From Diplonema japonicum (Eukaryota > Protista > Euglenozoa: Diplonemea): a DNA stretch of 64,000 nt. Both the position numbers and the translations under genes were made by a program. The notes beneath the pieces were generated by a model, which did not search any database, was not told the origin of the DNA, and saw only the letters and a list, made by a program, of their open reading frames with translations. The stretch is taken from the NCBI GenBank assembly GCA_964019335.1, contig OZ025662.1:372001-436000 (forward strand). Direction: 5' to 3'. Shown here piece by piece: positions 25,901-39,018 of the stretch. How positions within the stretch are numbered: position 1 is the first letter of the stretch; each line of letters opens with the position of its first letter.

Positions 25901-28900
25901 AAGCTGCTGGCGGTGAACAGTGCTCTACGACAGCTCGCAGAAGGTGTCTCATGCAGGCACAATGCTAACGAGGCAGCTATTGCGCAGCTCCTACAAGAAG
26001 AAAAGATAACAAGAAAACTCTTGATGAAATGCGAAGAGATTTTCTGGGTGACGGGAGCTGTGGAGCAGATGCAGTTAGAGGAAGATTCGTCAACAATTGG
26101 CACCATGGATAAGGTCATCGCTGCTGTGCGAAGGATGGATGATTTGCAGCGCGAATTAAATACCACAAACGCGGAGAAGGTGTTTTCAGCCGAAGAGGCG
26201 GAACGCAAATTACTTGTTGCAGACGAGCAGAGCACGTGGCTTGCGGGTGTTATGAACATGCTCTCAGATGGTACTGGTGAAGACACAGCTGTGAGAACAG
26301 CTCTACACAAACTTTCGGAAGGCATCGACACCAGGGAAACCATCAACCAGCAAGCTGTGGAACGAGTTGTGGAAGAAGAGGAAGCAGCAAGAAAACTCGT
26401 GGAGCAGTGCGAAGAATGTGATTGGCTGAGGCAGCTTGTGAGCACTGTGTGCCCATCGGCATCGGAGACTGCGACACAACAAGCACTTGACAAGTTGCTG
26501 GACGAAGAAGCAGCAACAAGCGCAATGCAAGACCAGTCCACCACCTCTGTCATGCAACAAGAAAAACACTCGCGCGAAAATATCATGCAAAGCGAGCAGT
26601 TAGCGTGGTGCATGGCCGCGTGCGAGTACCTTGCTGCGGAGAGCTGCACCCCTGGCACTGACCCAAAAACTGCAACACTCAAAAGCTTGGAACAGAGGCT
26701 TGCTTTGCGAGCCATGTACAACAATGCAGTGCTTGCTAATGTTGTGAAGGAAGAAGAGGCAGCACGCGACCTGCTTGCAATGGAAGAACGCAACATGTGG
26801 CTTTCAAGCGTAGTGGGCTTGCTCAACGGCAGGGAACAAGGCAGGGGCGACATGTTCGAGATCACAGTGACGGCGGCTGACGATGTGATGCAGCAGCTCA
26901 CAGAGAGTGTCGAGGGCAAGCATGCCATGAACCTCCTGGCTGTCGAGCAGCTCACGCAAGAAGAAGAAGCTGCAAGGGAGCTCCTGATGCAGTGCGAAGA
27001 GACGGCTTGGGTGATGGGGGCCGTTGCCCAGATGACCCGGGACTTATCATTGGCGGAAGACAAGGACTCCCTGCTGGCTATTGTGGCCACCCTGCAGTGT
27101 GTTGATGACGATAAACAGGCCATTTCCTTGCTTCAAGATCAGCTTCATGAAGCGAATGCCAACACTGTGCTTCAGTCCGAGGCCGCAGCAAGGGATCTTC
27201 TGGTGTCTGAGGAACACAATGTGTGGCTTGATGGTGTTGTTGGCATGCTTCAAAATCCTGGTACAAGCGGAGAAGGTAAGTTCTCTGCGGCATGCGGTGT
27301 TTTCGTGCAGCTTTCAGAAAGTGTCGACCGCAGGCAGACCATTGACCAACGAGCTGTTGATCAGGTTATGCAGGAAGAAGAAGCGGCACGTTGCCTTCTG
27401 TGGCAGTGTGAGGAGACAGCCTGGGTGATGGGGGCAGTTGCACAAATGACTCAGGACACTTCAGCGTCGACACCAGGCCCCTTGGGTGCTGTTGTTGCGA
27501 CTCTTCAATGTGCTGATGACGACAAGCGCGCTATCTCCTTGCTGCAAGCACAAGTTGTTGATATCGTACTTCAGGGCGAGGCTGTGGCAAGAAAACTCGT
27601 CGTGTCCGAAGAACACAGCGCATGGCTGTCTAATGTTGTTGGCATGCTTCATCAGGGACATGGCTGCCCGAGTGATGATCCGAGTACAGCCAGCAAGGTC
27701 TTTAACAAACTTGCAGAAGGTATTGCAAGCAACTACCGAGCTGTGGAGCAACTTGTGGACCACGAAAGGACGACTCGCGATCTCCTTTTGCAGGAACAAG
27801 AGACAGCCTGGGTGATGGGGGCTGTGGAACAATTGCAGCAGGACACGTCACTTCCTGCAGCATTGCATGCTGTTGTTGCCACCTTGCAATGTGTTGATGA
27901 CGACAAGCAGGCCATTGCCTTGTTGCAAACAGAGCTTGATGAAATGAAAATTGACACTGTTCTTCAGAGCGAAGCAACAGCAAGCCGCCAAGCCGTGGAA
28001 CGACTCGAGGAAGAAGAGAAAACAACGAGAAATCTCCTGGAGCAGTGTGAGGAGACAGCCTGGGTGATGGGAGCAGTTGCACAACTGACTCAGGACACTT
28101 TAGCATCGACCCCAGGCCCCTTGGGTGCTGTTGTTGCCACTTTGCAATGTGCTGATGACGACAAGAAAGCGTTTTCTTTACTGCAAACAGAGTTGGATGA
28201 GGCAAATGTTGATATCATGCTACAGGGTGAGGCTGCGACAAGAGAACTCATCATATCTGAGGAACACAGCATCTGGTTATCGGGTGTTGTTAACATGCTT
28301 CAGGACTCGGGTGATGATCAGGATGCAGCCAGTGAGGTAATCAGCAAACTCGCGGAATGTGTGGAAAACAGGCAGGTCATCAACCAGCAAGCTGTGGAAC
28401 GAGTTGTGGAAGAAGAGGAAGCAGCAAGAAAGCTCGTGGAGCAGTGCGAAGAGTGTGATTGGCTGAGGCAGCTTGTGAGCACTGTGTGCCCATCGGCATC
28501 GGAGACTGCGACACAACAAGCACTTGACAAGTTGCAAGAGGAGGAAACCGCAACTGGTGCCATGCAAGACCAATCGACTGCTTCGATCATGCAGCAAGAG
28601 AGGTACTCGAGAGATGGCATCACGCAAGGCGAGATGCTTGCCTGGTGCAGCAATGTACATGAGTACCTTGCTGCTGAAAGCTCCTCAAACAAGGACCCTA
28701 CTAGCGCTGTCCTTATGACAATAGCACAAAAAACAAAACTGCGAGCCATGTACAACAATGCAGTGCTTGCCAATGTTGTGAAGGAAGAAGAGGCAGCACG
28801 CGACCTGCTTGCAATGGAGGAACGCAACATGTGGCTTTCAAGCGTAGTGGGCTTGCTCAACGGCAGGGAACAAGGCAGGGGCGACATGTTCGAGATCACA

Positions 28901-30984
28901 GTGACGGCGGCTGACGATGTGATGCAGCAGCTCACAGAGAGTGTCGAGGGCAAGCATGCCATGAACCTCCTGGCTGTCGAGCAGCTCATGCAAGAAGAAG
29001 AAGCTGCAAGGGAGCTCCTGATGCAGTGCGAAGAGACGGCTTGGGTGATGGGGGCCGTTGCCCAGATGACCCGGGACTTATCATTGGCGGAAGACAAGGA
29101 CTCCCTGCTGGCTATTGTGGCCACCCTGCAGTGTGTTGATGACGATAAACAGGCCATTTCCTTGCTTCAAGATCAGCTTCATGAAGCGAATGCCAACACT
29201 GTGCTTCAGTCCGAGGCCGCAGCAAGGGATCTTCTGGTGTCTGAGGAACACAATGTGTGGCTTGATGGTGTAATAGGTCACCTCGGAAGCACTGACGCAC
29301 CAAGCAATGTACTGCGCAGCCTACACGAGGCCACCGAGATGAGCAACACTGTGGCACAGCTGCAAGTTGTAGGTCTTGTGCAGGAACAAGAGGCGGCATA
29401 CAGGGAAATGCGTCTAGAGGAGGAGAGGTTCCGTGTTGGGATAAGCCTCGAGGCTGCAGTGCACAGGGCAATGCTGACAGAGACACAAATCATGCTCATG
29501 CTAGAGCAGGATGCGGCGAAGCAAGTAGAAACCGAAGAGCAATGCGAACGAAAAGCGTTGTGGTGGTGGATCCAATTAAAACAGCTAGAGACAACGACAA
29601 GGAAGCTCAACCGCGACATGGTGACGGAAGAACAGGAAAAGGAGTACTACAAGCTAAGATGGGAGGAGAGCACCATCTTCGGAAACAACTTGACAGGCGG
29701 AGAACGAGATGTCTTACGAAAAGCAGTCCGCGCCAACAACGCCATCATGGAAGGCTTCCGCATGATCGCAGTGGAAGAAGACGAAACACACAAAAGGGAA
29801 ACTCTCACTGCAGATGAAGCCCGCTCTGCTATTCAGCTGGAATTGGCTTACAACACAACGAAACTACAAATCGTGATTAAACAGAAAACGATACGTGAAG
29901 AGGCCCTCGGGCGGGAGGTCATCAGACTCGCTCAGGAAATAAGTTACGGCGTGTACGCCAAGAGGAGAAACGCACTACTTTCATCGCCCGAGTTGATGAA
30001 ACTCCGTTCATCGCTGATGGTGGCTTTCCTCCAAAGCGAAGAGATCGACAGGGAAAACATCCTCTTTGAAGAAGAGAACGAGAGACTGCTTGTACAAGCC
30101 GCCCGACAGGTAAGCAAAAACGAAACACAAAAAAATAATAATAATAATTACAGAAATTCGACATCGACAAATACACACTGATGTATTCATCTTGCAAGTC
30201 TGCTCTTGACGCGTGCAAGCGAAAACGTACTGAAGACAAGGACTACATAGAGCAGCTCGAGTACGAGGTGAAGATGGCAAGGAAGCAGTACGCCATTACA
30301 TACAACGACGAAGGGATTCAGAGTGCTGGGACGCTGGTGCCTCTCCACCAGAAGAAGGGCATTGCCGACATCGACCAAGCGAAGGCGACAAGAGACATGT
30401 TTCACGATGAGGAACAAGAGAGATGGACGCTGGAGATGACATGGTGGCAGAGCCACATGAGCATCAGCACGATGGCCGCGCAAAACCTGGTTTCCGCCTC
30501 GAAAAAAGGGAAGAGGTCGCCGAGACACGGGAAACGATGGGTATGTGGGGGAAAAAAAAAAGAAAAAAAAAAAAAAAAAAAAAAAGCTGATGTGTAATGA
30601 CCCAACACCACACACGCATTCTGTCACACCGCCTGTGAGGGTGTTTAACAATACCCGTTCTCCATCTACGGCACGGCGTTTTTCTTCAGGGGGTGGGACC
30701 TCTGCTGCTTCTCCTGGGTCTATTTCGATATCACCAAGAAGGCCCGCTGGGGTATGTGTTATGGGAGGGAAAAAGAAAACTCAAAACAGTCTGCAAGCCC
30801 CGCACTTTCTCCCTCCCTCATGCCGTCTCTCATGCCGTCAACTTCTCGGTCGCGGTCTAGGAGTCCAAAAACTGTTCCTGTGGCCCACCGACATTGGGTC
30901 CCTGCTCCGGGTAGAACTTCGCCTGCTCCCCAACCACAATCTCCTGCCTCTAAACCAGCCATTCCACCACTTAACCTTAGATAA
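7985..30984 (+). CDS. Giant (~7,620 aa) repetitive coiled-coil protein with an N-proximal tandem Ig-like module; exons 7985-30109, 30154-30540, 30587-30751, 30790-30984
   Basis: 22-kb stop-free first exon; three short GT-AG introns extend it in frame to a Ser/Pro-rich tail ending IPPLNLR. Extensive heptad E/K/L/A content and many EExxARxxLxxxEExxW-type repeats. Confidence 0.88.
8369..9372 (+). repeat. ~1-kb coding module (copy A) shared with the downstream gene at 32227-33224
   Basis: Runs from DIEAAxYEQAMQLREVWHGI to IKSIMRSLRQNEQRL; long stretches are identical at DNA level, with a diverged central linker. Confidence 0.95.
11030..11710 (+). repeat. Three tandem coding repeats, period 267 nt (89 aa)
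   Basis: LQEANTRQDLMLSSG(L/I)NETSLQLYDGYRRRSVVLEADL starts at 11048, 11315 and 11582. Confidence 0.93.
12257..19346 (+). repeat. Intragenic ~1.14-kb duplication: 12257-13397 and 18206-19346 (offset 5,949)
   Basis: Appears identical by eye; the ORF track gives identical antisense ORFs at 12546/18495, 12680/18629 and 13019/18968. Confidence 0.95.
19848..21700 (+). repeat. Tandem intragenic duplication (~19848-20700 and ~20857-21700), with related units near 14600-15110 and 21900-22220
   Basis: SDVFALRQLVKKLQNEKS...EEESLRREVLVLTEENEVISFKRVFAAQQK...ALQKAHMLVDLLKALPGSGERDEE is repeated. Confidence 0.9.
23740..29270 (+). repeat. Mosaic of near-identical coding blocks in the C-terminal third of the giant gene
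   Basis: A ~490-bp block starts at 24121, 26761 and 28795; the 'EEEEAARKLVEQCEECDWLRQLVSTVCPSASETATQQALDKL' block occurs four times (~23740, 25395, 26355, 28390); ~24780-25145 recurs at ~27800-28165. Confidence 0.92.
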
Positions 30985-31057
30985 GCGGGAAAAAAAGGAG
31001 ATGGTTTTTTTTTTTTTTATTAAAGGAATGCCTGTTTAGAATTTTTCTCCTTTGTTT

Positions 31058-31094
<37 letters not shown>

Positions 31095-31704
31095 TGTTTA
31101 TACATACCCTCAGAAAAAAAAATAAAGAGGGGGGGGGAACCCCTCCCCGCTCGTTTTTCTTTATTTTTGTATTTTTATTTTCCCCCCTCCCCTATTTCCC
31201 CCTCTTTTTTCTTCTTCTTCTTAACGCAATGTCCTACCGTTACCGGCATTTGCAAACAACGGCCAGTTCCTCTTTTTTTCTTTTTTGCGTTTTCTCTTTA
31301 CCTTCTACCTTCGTGTTTTAATCGATCTTACCGAAAAAGCTTTTTTTCTGTGTCACTTAAGTTAATAAGTTCCCATTTCAGTTTTTTTTTTTTTTTTACA
31401 GTCACCCCCATGTAATATTACCCTTTAGAAAATAAAAGAGGTGCAACAAAAAAATAATAATCGGTGAAAAAATATGTTTCTTTTTTTTTTTTTTTTGAAA
31501 AAAAGAAAATTCCGTCGCAAGGAAAGACCCCTCAATTTCTAGTTTTTTCTTCTTTTGGTCAAAAAAAAATAACATTCTTTTTAGGGGTTTATTTATCTAA
31601 TACCCCCCCCCCTTTTTTTCTTTTCCCCGTTTCCATTTAAAAAAAAAACCATCTCAGGAGGGAGTAGAGGGAGAGGAAGGTAGCCAGGGATACCGCCTAC
31701 ACCC

Positions 31705-34700
31705 ATGGAAGAGCCCACTACACCCACCACTATCTTGTTAGGGAAAGAGCTGGAGGCATCCAGAGCTCAGGTGCGGGATTTGAAAGTACGAATCTCAACC
31801 CTGCAAGCCGAGCTAAGCGAGCGGGATACCGAGTTAAAGGAGCTACAACAAAAGGAATCAGAAGAGCTAGCAAACCTAAAAAGCCTAGTAGGCAAAAGCC
31901 TCGGAGGGAAGACACAGCAAGCACTGGACCTCAACGAAAATGCGGCACGTCTAGCAGAGACCATCAGCGAAAAGGAGCGCAGGATCAACGAACTGACCGA
32001 GAACCTTGTCGAATCGCAGATGGAGCGAAACGCTATTTCCTTGCAAATTGATGAGCTCTCTCTCCGTCTTCAGGCGTCTGAACGTACTGAAGTCCTCGTG
32101 TCGGAAGAGAACCACAAACTAAAGGCGGAGCACGAGAAGCTCATACAAGAAATGCAACAAACACGCGACGCTGCTGCGCAAGATGTTGAATTCATCAAGA
32201 AAGCAGCCTCCGACACCAAGAACACCGACATCGAGGCTGCCCGCTACGAGCAGGCCATGCAGCTGCGGGAGGTCTGGCACGGCATTCAAAAGCTAGAGCA
32301 CGCCTTGAGCCCCACCGACGACGCTGACTCCCTTGCGAACACCATCAAAAGCGGTGAATGGGGTTGGGACGAGTCGGAAGCAACGGAAATCAGCATCGGG
32401 CTTGAAGGTGACCGTCTGGACCGTGGCATCCCCAGCACGGTGTGGATCACCGCAAGGGACGGGAGCGGGCAAGGCGCCGACCTTCCGCAATACGCGCAAA
32501 TCGTTGCCAAGTCGGGCAGCGACGAAAAGCCTAACCGACTTGTCCTTGTTGGATACGGCGGCCTCCACCTCGATGGGATCCGGAGGGTGTCCCCAAACAC
32601 CTGGAGTGTGAGGTGCACTGCAAGCGAGGGCAGGGGGCAGGACCGTGTCGGCATACGTCTCCTCACCTCCAGCGGCGCCCTCATGGCGGCCCGCACCCTC
32701 CCTGTTGTGGGGGGGACGTCGCCTACAGGGTCACCTGTCGAGCTGGGTGAAGCCATGGAACTGGAACCGGAAATAAAACAGCCGCAATCCGAGAAGGAGG
32801 CTGGGGTGCTGAACCTTGCACACTGTGACCTGCACTTCAGCCCCGATCCTGTGGGACCCGGGGGGGTGGTGAAGGCGACCCTTTCTCTGCGGGACGACGA
32901 AGGGGCGTTGCTGCAGGCTGCGCCGGAGGGTTTGCAGTGTGCAGTGCGCGGGGGAAGTGGGGTGACGGCAGGGTCCCTCACAGCACCGAAGGCACAGCAC
33001 GGCTCGGTGTGCTTCTCGTTCAATGCATCACAAGACCACGGGACGGCAAGGGTGGCAGCAGTGGTGTCTGTCGAGGGGGGCGTGTCAGTCTCCTTGGAGG
33101 GCAGCGTCGCTGTGCGGAAGATCCCAATGTCGTCGGCTGTCTGCGAGTTCCCCTTGAAGCTCAGGTCCATCAGGGGCATCATCAAGTCCATCATGCGCTC
33201 CTTGCGTCAGAACGAGCAGAGACTACTGGCATACACAACTGCCATGGACGATCAAGAGAGTGAGAAGGATGATTTGCAGGAAATAAACAAAAAGCTAGAG
33301 CAGGACCTCGAGGAGAGTAACGAAAAGCTTAACAAAATTGCAGATGAAAATACCAAGCTAGCTGGAGAACTACTGGCCGCTAGCGGCAGATTGACAAGCG
33401 CACAAGATGCAACAGCACGTGCAACAGAATCAGAGGAGACATACAAGACTGCACTGGCAGAGTGTTCGCAGAAACTCATCAAAGCTTCAGAAGAGTCGCA
33501 AGAGTTGCTCAAGGTTAGTGAGAATGACATCAAGGTGCTGGAAACGACGAATAATAATTTGTTAGATGAGAACACAAAGCTCAACCAGATGTTGAAGGAG
33601 AAGGTGAAGCAGCTGGTGCCCCTTCAAGCTGCTCTGGAGCACGAACGTGCTGAAGCACGAGCCGCACAGCAGCTGGCAAACTCCTTCAGCAAAGAAAAAG
33701 AAGTTGCTTTGTCGCAACTACGTGACACCAAAGCCAAGTCCCAGCAGCTTGAAGACGACGTCATCACAGTGAAGGACTTGAGTACTGCCGCGGAGCTAAA
33801 GCTTGAGGAGGTGATGAGGCAGAACAAAAAGACCCTGGAAGACGTGAAGGGGCAGTGCGACAGGAAAGTCGCAGATCTCAAAGACGTGCTGGAAAACAAA
33901 GAGCTAGACATCAAGGACCTGAAGGCTTTCTGGGAAGCTTCGAAGCACGATGTTGCGAGTCTCAACAACAAACTGCTAGTGATCGCACAGGAGAAGGTCA
34001 ATATTGAAGGATCTCTCGAGGCAGTGACAAAGAACCTCGCCGCCAGCAGGGCCGAAGCCTCCGAGTGGGCAAAACGGACACGCAACCTCGAAGCGGAACT
34101 GGGATCCGCCAACGCCACTATAAACCAGCTCGAAGAAGATTTGGAAGCTGCCGTTGAAGAGGCAAACAAAGTAGCGGAGGAATGGTCCTCGCACGAAGCA
34201 GCGGCTGCAAAAATATGTGATGAGAAGGCTGTGCTTGCTGCAGACGTCGAGTACCTGCAAGGCGAGCTCGCTGAGAAGACAAACGAGATCCAGTACCTGA
34301 CGGAGCAGGAGTCAATAAGATTTGCTGATATCAACGCGAAAGATGCTCTCCTGCTGCAGCAAGCAAATGCTAACGAGAAGCTTGCTACCTCAAATGCTGC
34401 TCTCGGGTCACAGAGCGTGGACATGGAGAAGGAGGTCGAGCGGCTGCAAGAAATGCTCGCCGATGCCAAGGAAGCTGAGCGAGACGCAAGAGAGCAACTG
34501 AACTTCGTGACCGAAGAGTGCAATGCAAAGACAGCTCTTGTTGAAGACCTCAAAGCGGACACGCAACGGCAAGAAGTGCAGAGGAAGTCAGTAGACCTCC
34601 GCAGATCGGAGATGCAGCGCGACTGTGACAGCCTCCGGACCGACAACCAGGAGTTGCAAGAGGAGGGCGAGAGGCTGAGATGCGCGATGGCCGTGATTGA

Positions 34701-36309
34701 AGCACAGTGCAAGCAGTACAAGGCACAGCTCAAAAGCATAAAAAAAGAAACCGAGAATAAAGAAGCCGTCAACGTGAAGGGACAGCAGGAGCATGAAGCG
34801 CTGATGACGAGTGCTGCGCAGGACATCGAGGCACTGCAGTGGCGCATCCAGCAGCTGGAAGCAGAGCTCGTCGAGGTGAAGCAAACCAGAGACATGCTGC
34901 AGGAACATCTGTCAGAGCTGAACCAGCAACTGAACTTGTTTGCCAACGCTGTAGACTACGCGAAGGGAGCTCTGGAAGGACAGAAGGGATCACTCAGGAG
35001 ACTGGGGCGCGCAATGGAAGAAGACGATGCTGCAGGAACCGTCTACACACCGCCATCTCACTTGCTGCTGTTTGCTGAGCATAGTCAATGCACAAGGATA
35101 ATCAACCTTGAGCAAGACCTCTCGTGGTGCACACTTACGCACCAGCACCAAGAAGCAACGAACCTCATCACCCGTTCCTGCCAACAGTTCGAGGTCCTCG
35201 AGGCCGAAACCGCGGCAGCCGATAAAGAATCCGAACTCTCAGAGCTACAGGTATCATGACATGTTGCAAACGACACATAACCCACAGCGCGTCTTGGACG
35301 GGTACAAAGAGCGGCTGACCTCAGAACAGCAGTACCACCAAGACACCAAGAATGCAAAGCAAGCCTTGCAGGAAGAGATGGAAGGCTTGATGGTATGTAT
35401 CGGCAATTGAAAGGTTTTTAAAAAATATATCAGGAGAAGCTGTCGGAGGTCACAGGGATGAGGCACGCAGATGAAGCAGTGGTGAAAGACGCGCAAGATA
35501 AGGTGGGGGCGTTGGAGGCAAGGGTACAGAACGTGAAACAGGAATGCGCAAAGGAAACGAAGGAAGCAGAGAGACGAGTGAGAGAGATGGAAAAAGATGT
35601 GATGAAAATGGAGGGGAAGACTGGGTTTGAACGCGCGAGATGCGCAGAGCTAGAGGGAACCGTGAGGGGGCTGGAGGACGAGGTGTTCCGACTGAGACAA
35701 GTTGCTAACGAAGAGGCGAAGATGAGAGGAGAGGCACAGAATTTACTAGACGAGATGCGATGCTCAGTGGCAGTGGCGAGGGCCTCGGACATCGACATTG
35801 AAACGTTGCTCCGTGCAGAAGAAGAAATCTTCAGGTTAAAGCAGACCATCGATGCGATAAAGAAGGAACGTGAGCTGGACAGCAAGCAATACGCCCGCCT
35901 TCTCTCACAGTTGGAAGGAGAGCGTGAACAACGTGGGCAAGCGGAGAAGCGGATGAGACACGCAAAGGAAATGGTGCGTGATTGGGAATCACAAGTCAAC
36001 ACCACACACACTACTGAAATGACAGGCGTAAAGAACGAGGTCTCACACCTCATCAATCTAAGAAGTGAAACGGAACACCAGCTGCTGGTTGAGAAACGCC
36101 GGAGCGAATCCCTGCAGCTGGAGCTTCAGATCCACAAACACCGAGCCCAAACCTCAGAGTCCGCCCTCAAGGAAGCCAACAGAACAATCGACGACCTGCG
36201 CAGCAAACAGCCACGCTACCGGCAGCCCACTCGCAGCCACTCCATTCGCACGCACCACACCGCCCCTTCCCTCCCCTCTACCCCGACAGCCGCCGTTTAT
36301 ATTAAATAG
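31705..36309 (+). CDS. Long coiled-coil protein (~1,510 aa) with the same tandem Ig-like module; exons 31705-35250, 35288-35392, 35434-36309
   Basis: The 1,184-aa ORF joins ORF 35458-36309 in frame through GT-AG introns 35251-35287 and 35393-35433; heptad-rich throughout. Confidence 0.88.
32227..33224 (+). repeat. ~1-kb coding module (copy B)
   Basis: Near-identical to 8369-9372. Confidence 0.95.
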
Positions 36310-36441
36310 TTCCCCTTCGTCGGGACTTCATCTATTTTAATTAGATAGATATTATTGTTGCTCTCTTTTATATTTTTTCTTTCTTTCTTTCTTGTGTATC
36401 TATTAGATTATGTGCGGTCTCGGTTAACAGATTCCGTGCGA

Positions 36442-36472
<31 letters not shown>

Positions 36473-36523
36473 CCCGCTCTATTATTTTCTTGTCTCACTT
36501 TGAAGCACCCTTTAAAGGCTAAG

Positions 36524-38795
36524 ATGGAGCCGCCGACCCTCGGAGGGGGTGGTAGACCAAGCGAGAGCCTATTAGGCAGCGAACCGCGGTCGCCGCAGAG
36601 TGCGTTATTCTCGCCGACGATGCGACCGGCACCGTTGAGGTTTGGGGGAGAGATGCCTACGAGCCCGACAAAGTCGAAGGCGCGAGGCGTCCGGATCGCG
36701 ATGGGGGCGGAAGAGCTTCCCAACACACAAGGAAACGTTGCGCGGCTGGACCTTCCTACCTTGGCGAGGAAACTACACGTCCCTGTGAGCATGCTGTCGA
36801 AGTCCCTTGGTGGTGCACAACCCAACGGTTTCGACGACGAAGTAGGAAGTGTGCGATCACGCGGCCTCAGCATCCCCATCTCTCCCAAAGGCTCCCCCAG
36901 AGCCTCCCCATCTAGGCCTATCAACTCATCGATCAACTCTATCTCATGGTTCCCTGGGGGGAGCAGGTCTGACTCCGTCCCTCCCATCGAGCCATACAGC
37001 TCGCCCTACCCCAGCACGCATCTCTCTCCCGACCTGTACACACACCCCTCGGTGCGGATACGCTACATGTCTGCTGCCCCGCAGCAGGTCATCAATGTGC
37101 ACTGCCCTTCGGGGGCAGAGCTCGGCGTACGATGGGAGTCTGCTGCTGGCGGGCTCCTTGCAGCGAAAGTTCACCAAAACAGCGTAGCGGCAGCAACCGG
37201 GTTTGTTGAAGGCATGCGGCTGCTGCAGGTCAACGGCGTCAACGTGTTCACGAAGACAGAGTACCTGGCGGAGATGAATAAGCCGCGTGACGACCCTTTG
37301 CTAAAGCTGACCGTTCAGAGCAACTCGCACATAGGATCTATTTATACTGGGTCGCCGCCTGTGTCTCCGAAGATGTACGCGAAGCCCCATGACAGCGTTT
37401 CGACAATGGGCCTCAACGAGGACCCCGTAACCCCTCTTTACGAAGATCTTGATGACATGTACTTCAGGTACACTCCGGGGGACGGGCCAGCAGCTTCACC
37501 AGGCTTCCACCCCACTGACGACCCGGCAGATGTTGAGGTTGAGGTGCACGAGAACGGTTTGGCCAGACTGGTGGCGGGCAGAGCGGACAGTGCTTACATC
37601 GTGTCGGACCCACACTCCAAAGGCGCTGTCTTTGCTGTCTCCGACCAGGAGGGCTTTGAGTCGCCGGCTGGGAAACGAACCAGAAGCATCTTCGGGTCGT
37701 TTATTCATCAAATGTCAGGTGTGCTCGGTTTCGGCGGTGAGGTGATGCGATCACCTTCGCAGGACCACCTGCCTATGGAAAAGGCGCGCCACGTGGCCTT
37801 CGCGGACGACGCGGGCGCAGAGCTTGTGAGCAGCGTGCGTGTGTACGAAGAGATCGACACAGTGCTGCTGGAGCTGAAGTTTGTCTTCCCGAAGTGGGTG
37901 TGGGTCGTTCTGGCCCTGATGCTGTGTTCCTTCACAGTCACACGGCCGTTGATGTTCTCAGCATACGAGCATGAACTCTCAGCGCATATGGTGATCGCCA
38001 CGCAGACAGTGATGGAGTTCGGGCTGACACTGCTACTCGCCGTGGTGTCGTACCCACTCATAAGATCAGAAAACCTCAGCTTCCTCTGGATCGACAAGGG
38101 GTGGGCCATCGTGGTGGTCTGCGGCCTATCACACACACTTGCGAAGGTTTCCTTCATGACATCGCTGACACAATACAACGAATGCGGGGGGAAGGCATGC
38201 CCACCTGTTCTGTTTGAATGCGTAACATCTATATTGCTCATTATCTACTACACACTAACGAGATTCCTAGAAAGACGGAGAGTAGGTCAAGCAGACGAAG
38301 CATGGTTCCCATTGGAACTAGGGGGGATGCTGCTCACAATGGGCGGTGCAGGGGTGGTCTTGTCACAGCAGGTAGATGGTATTCAGTTTGGCCCGTCGGC
38401 CTATGCTGTACTGGGCGCAGCGGGTATGGCAGGTGACATGATTATGAGACGCAGAGTTGCATCGCAAATGCCTGTTCCAGTGGCGTTGTTCTTGATGCAC
38501 TGTATAAGTCTTGTGTTCTCTTTGGTGTTTGTCCTAGCCTTGCATAAGATAGATGATGATGACATGCACCATGTGAAGGATAACATGCCGAAGCTTGCCT
38601 CTGCTGCAGGGACGGGGTTTTTGGGGTCGTTGACCACATTGCTTGTCTTAAGGCATATGCACCCTTATCCTGTGGTGGCGGTTATAACTTTCGCGTTTAT
38701 TTTGCAGGTTTTGCTGTCCAGTGCTGTGTTCGACACACGGTGGGACGATGCTTCTACCGTTGCTCTTCCTGCAGGTTTGTTGGGGGAAGGAGCAA

Positions 38796-38828
<33 letters not shown>

Positions 38829-39018
38829 AGTATTCACATCTCTCATTGGTACCCTCCTCACGACCTGGGCTAACGTGCGCCATCGGTCAATTATCGAGGT
38901 TGAAATTGTTCAAGCAAAAAGGCTCAATCGGAGAAAAGCGACAGGGCACAAAGGCCCCGGCCGAAGCAGAAACCGGAGCAGAGCACCTTCGAGGACAAAA
39001 AGAGAAATTATATTTTGA
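36524..39018 (+). CDS. PDZ-domain + multi-pass (DMT/EamA-like) membrane protein, paralog 1; intron 38775-38830
   Basis: PDZ-like 'ELGVRWESAAGGLLAAKVHQNSVAAATGFVEGMRLLQVNGVNV'; about 10 hydrophobic helices with 'LGGMLLTMGGAGVVL' and 'G.SAYAVLGAAG.A'. The spliced tail matches the paralog (LLTTWA.V.HRS..EVEIVQ). Confidence 0.75.

Noticed and set aside
7960-36056. Many long minus-strand ORFs (up to 440 aa) opposite the coiled-coil genes
   Set aside because: Ser/Cys/Leu-rich antisense shadows of E/K/A/Q-rich coding sequence, with no independent motifs.
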